DNA of 64,000 nt from a bacterium (GTDB lineage Bacteria > Patescibacteriota > SICC01). Both the position numbers and the translations under genes were made by a program. Under the pieces are notes generated by a model. The model did no database searches. It worked only from the letters and a program-made list of their open reading frames with translations, and was not told where the DNA came from. Below are positions 63,152 through 64,000 of the stretch, one piece after another. Location of the stretch: NCBI GenBank assembly GCA_030699935.1, contig JAUYKS010000002.1, forward strand, positions 81-64,080, read 5' to 3'. How positions within the stretch are numbered: position 1 is the first letter of the stretch; each line of letters starts with the position of its first letter.

Positions 63152-64000
63152 ATGCCCGCTCCCCGTCCCAAGCTGGTCCTGATCGACGCCCACGCCCTGA
63201 TCCATCGGGCGTTCCACGCGATCCCGTTCCTGGCCAAGCGGGACGGCGAACTGACCAACGCGGTGTACGGATTCACCGCGACGGTGCTGTCGGTGCTGAA
63301 GGAACTCCGGCCGGAATACGTGGCGGTGAGCTTCGACCTGCCCGAGCCGACGTTCCGCCACAAGAAATATGAGGATTACAAAGCGACACGTCAGAAGGCG
63401 CCGGACGAACTGCGCTCGCAGTTCGGGCGGGTGCGGGAAGTGGTCGACGCGCTCGGCATGCCCGTGTTCGAGCAAGCCGGCTACGAGGCGGACGACGTAC
63501 TCGGCTCATTGGCCAAGCAGTTCAGCCGGAAGCACGACCTCGACGCGTACATCGTCACCGGCGACAAGGACACGCTGCAGCTCGTCGACGACCGTGTCCG
63601 GATATTCACGCTGCGGAAGGGCATCAAGGACACCGTCATCTACGATCCGGAGCGGCTCAAGGAGGAGACCGGCCTGACGCCGGAGGAATTCGTCGAGTAT
63701 AAGGCGCTCAAGGGCGACCCGTCCGACAACATCCCCGGCGTGCCGGGCATCGGTGACAAGACGGCGACGATCCTGGTCCAGAAGTATCGGGACCTAGAGG
63801 GACTCTATAAGATCCTCGGCGAGGATCCGGCCAAGCATCCCGACATCAAGCCGAAGGTCCGCGCCAACCTGGCGGAGTTCAAGGAGCAGGCGTTCCTGTC
63901 CCGCGAACTGTCGCTGATCGTCACCGACCTGAAGTTGAAGTTCAATTTGAAGGACTGCACGATCCACGACTTCGACGTCGAGACGGCGCTGAAGTTGTTC
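63152..64000 (+). CDS. polA: DNA polymerase I, 5'-3' exonuclease domain (truncated by the window end; not in the ORF track)
   Basis: LVLIDAHALIHRAFHA, TNAVYGF, YKATR, GYEADD, VTGDKD, GDPSDNIPGVPGIGDKTA. Confidence 0.95.
   Translation, partial: MPAPRPKLVLIDAHALIHRAFHAIPFLAKRDGELTNAVYGFTATVLSVLKELRPEYVAVSFDLPEPTFRHKKYEDYKATRQKAPDELRSQFGRVREVVDALGMPVFEQAGYEADDVLGSLAKQFSRKHDLDAYIVTGDKDTLQLVDDRVRIFTLRKGIKDTVIYDPERLKEETGLTPEEFVEYKALKGDPSDNIPGVPGIGDKTATILVQKYRDLEGLYKILGEDPAKHPDIKPKVRANLAEFKEQAFLSRELSLIVTDLKLKFNLKDCTIHDFDVETALKLF

Noticed and set aside
1-64000. Alternative genetic code (TGA=Gly) or prophage
   Set aside because: Conserved genes such as dnaN, rpmH, trpS and yidC end at TGA at expected lengths; no phage structural, terminase or integrase genes were recognised.

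Overview
High-GC bacterial chromosome segment spanning the replication origin. It uses the standard code (TGA ends many genes). The gene repertoire (DUF5673-like and nucleotidyltransferase-like hypotheticals, orphan PemK-type gene, VirB4-like ATPase tail, FemABX/MurE) resembles Patescibacteria/CPR; that assignment is an inference. In order, the window holds: (1) the tail of a VirB4-like locus followed by three predicted cell-wall hydrolases alternating with two membrane-anchored partners; (2) darA, dciA-recF-[hyp]-dnaN-oriC-dnaA and rpmH-rnpA-yidD-yidC-jag; (3) a ~20 kb surface-glycan cluster with a lower-GC inserted block; (4) vanW, comF, trpS and sugar-salvage genes; (5) five tRNA genes interleaved with accessory genes; (6) pilB, spoIID, valS, tsaD, femABX-vanX-murE and the 5' part of polA. 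The most notable unexplained signals are: an orphan PemK/MazF-fold gene facing a convergent promoter and a ~50-nt two-hairpin RNA (candidate RNA antitoxin); a ~105-bp AT-rich palindrome present twice, 31 kb apart; the hydrolase/partner array; all five tRNA genes ending in G-CA rather than G-CCA; and pervasive leaderless gene starts. All functional calls come from motif recognition by eye, with no database searches.
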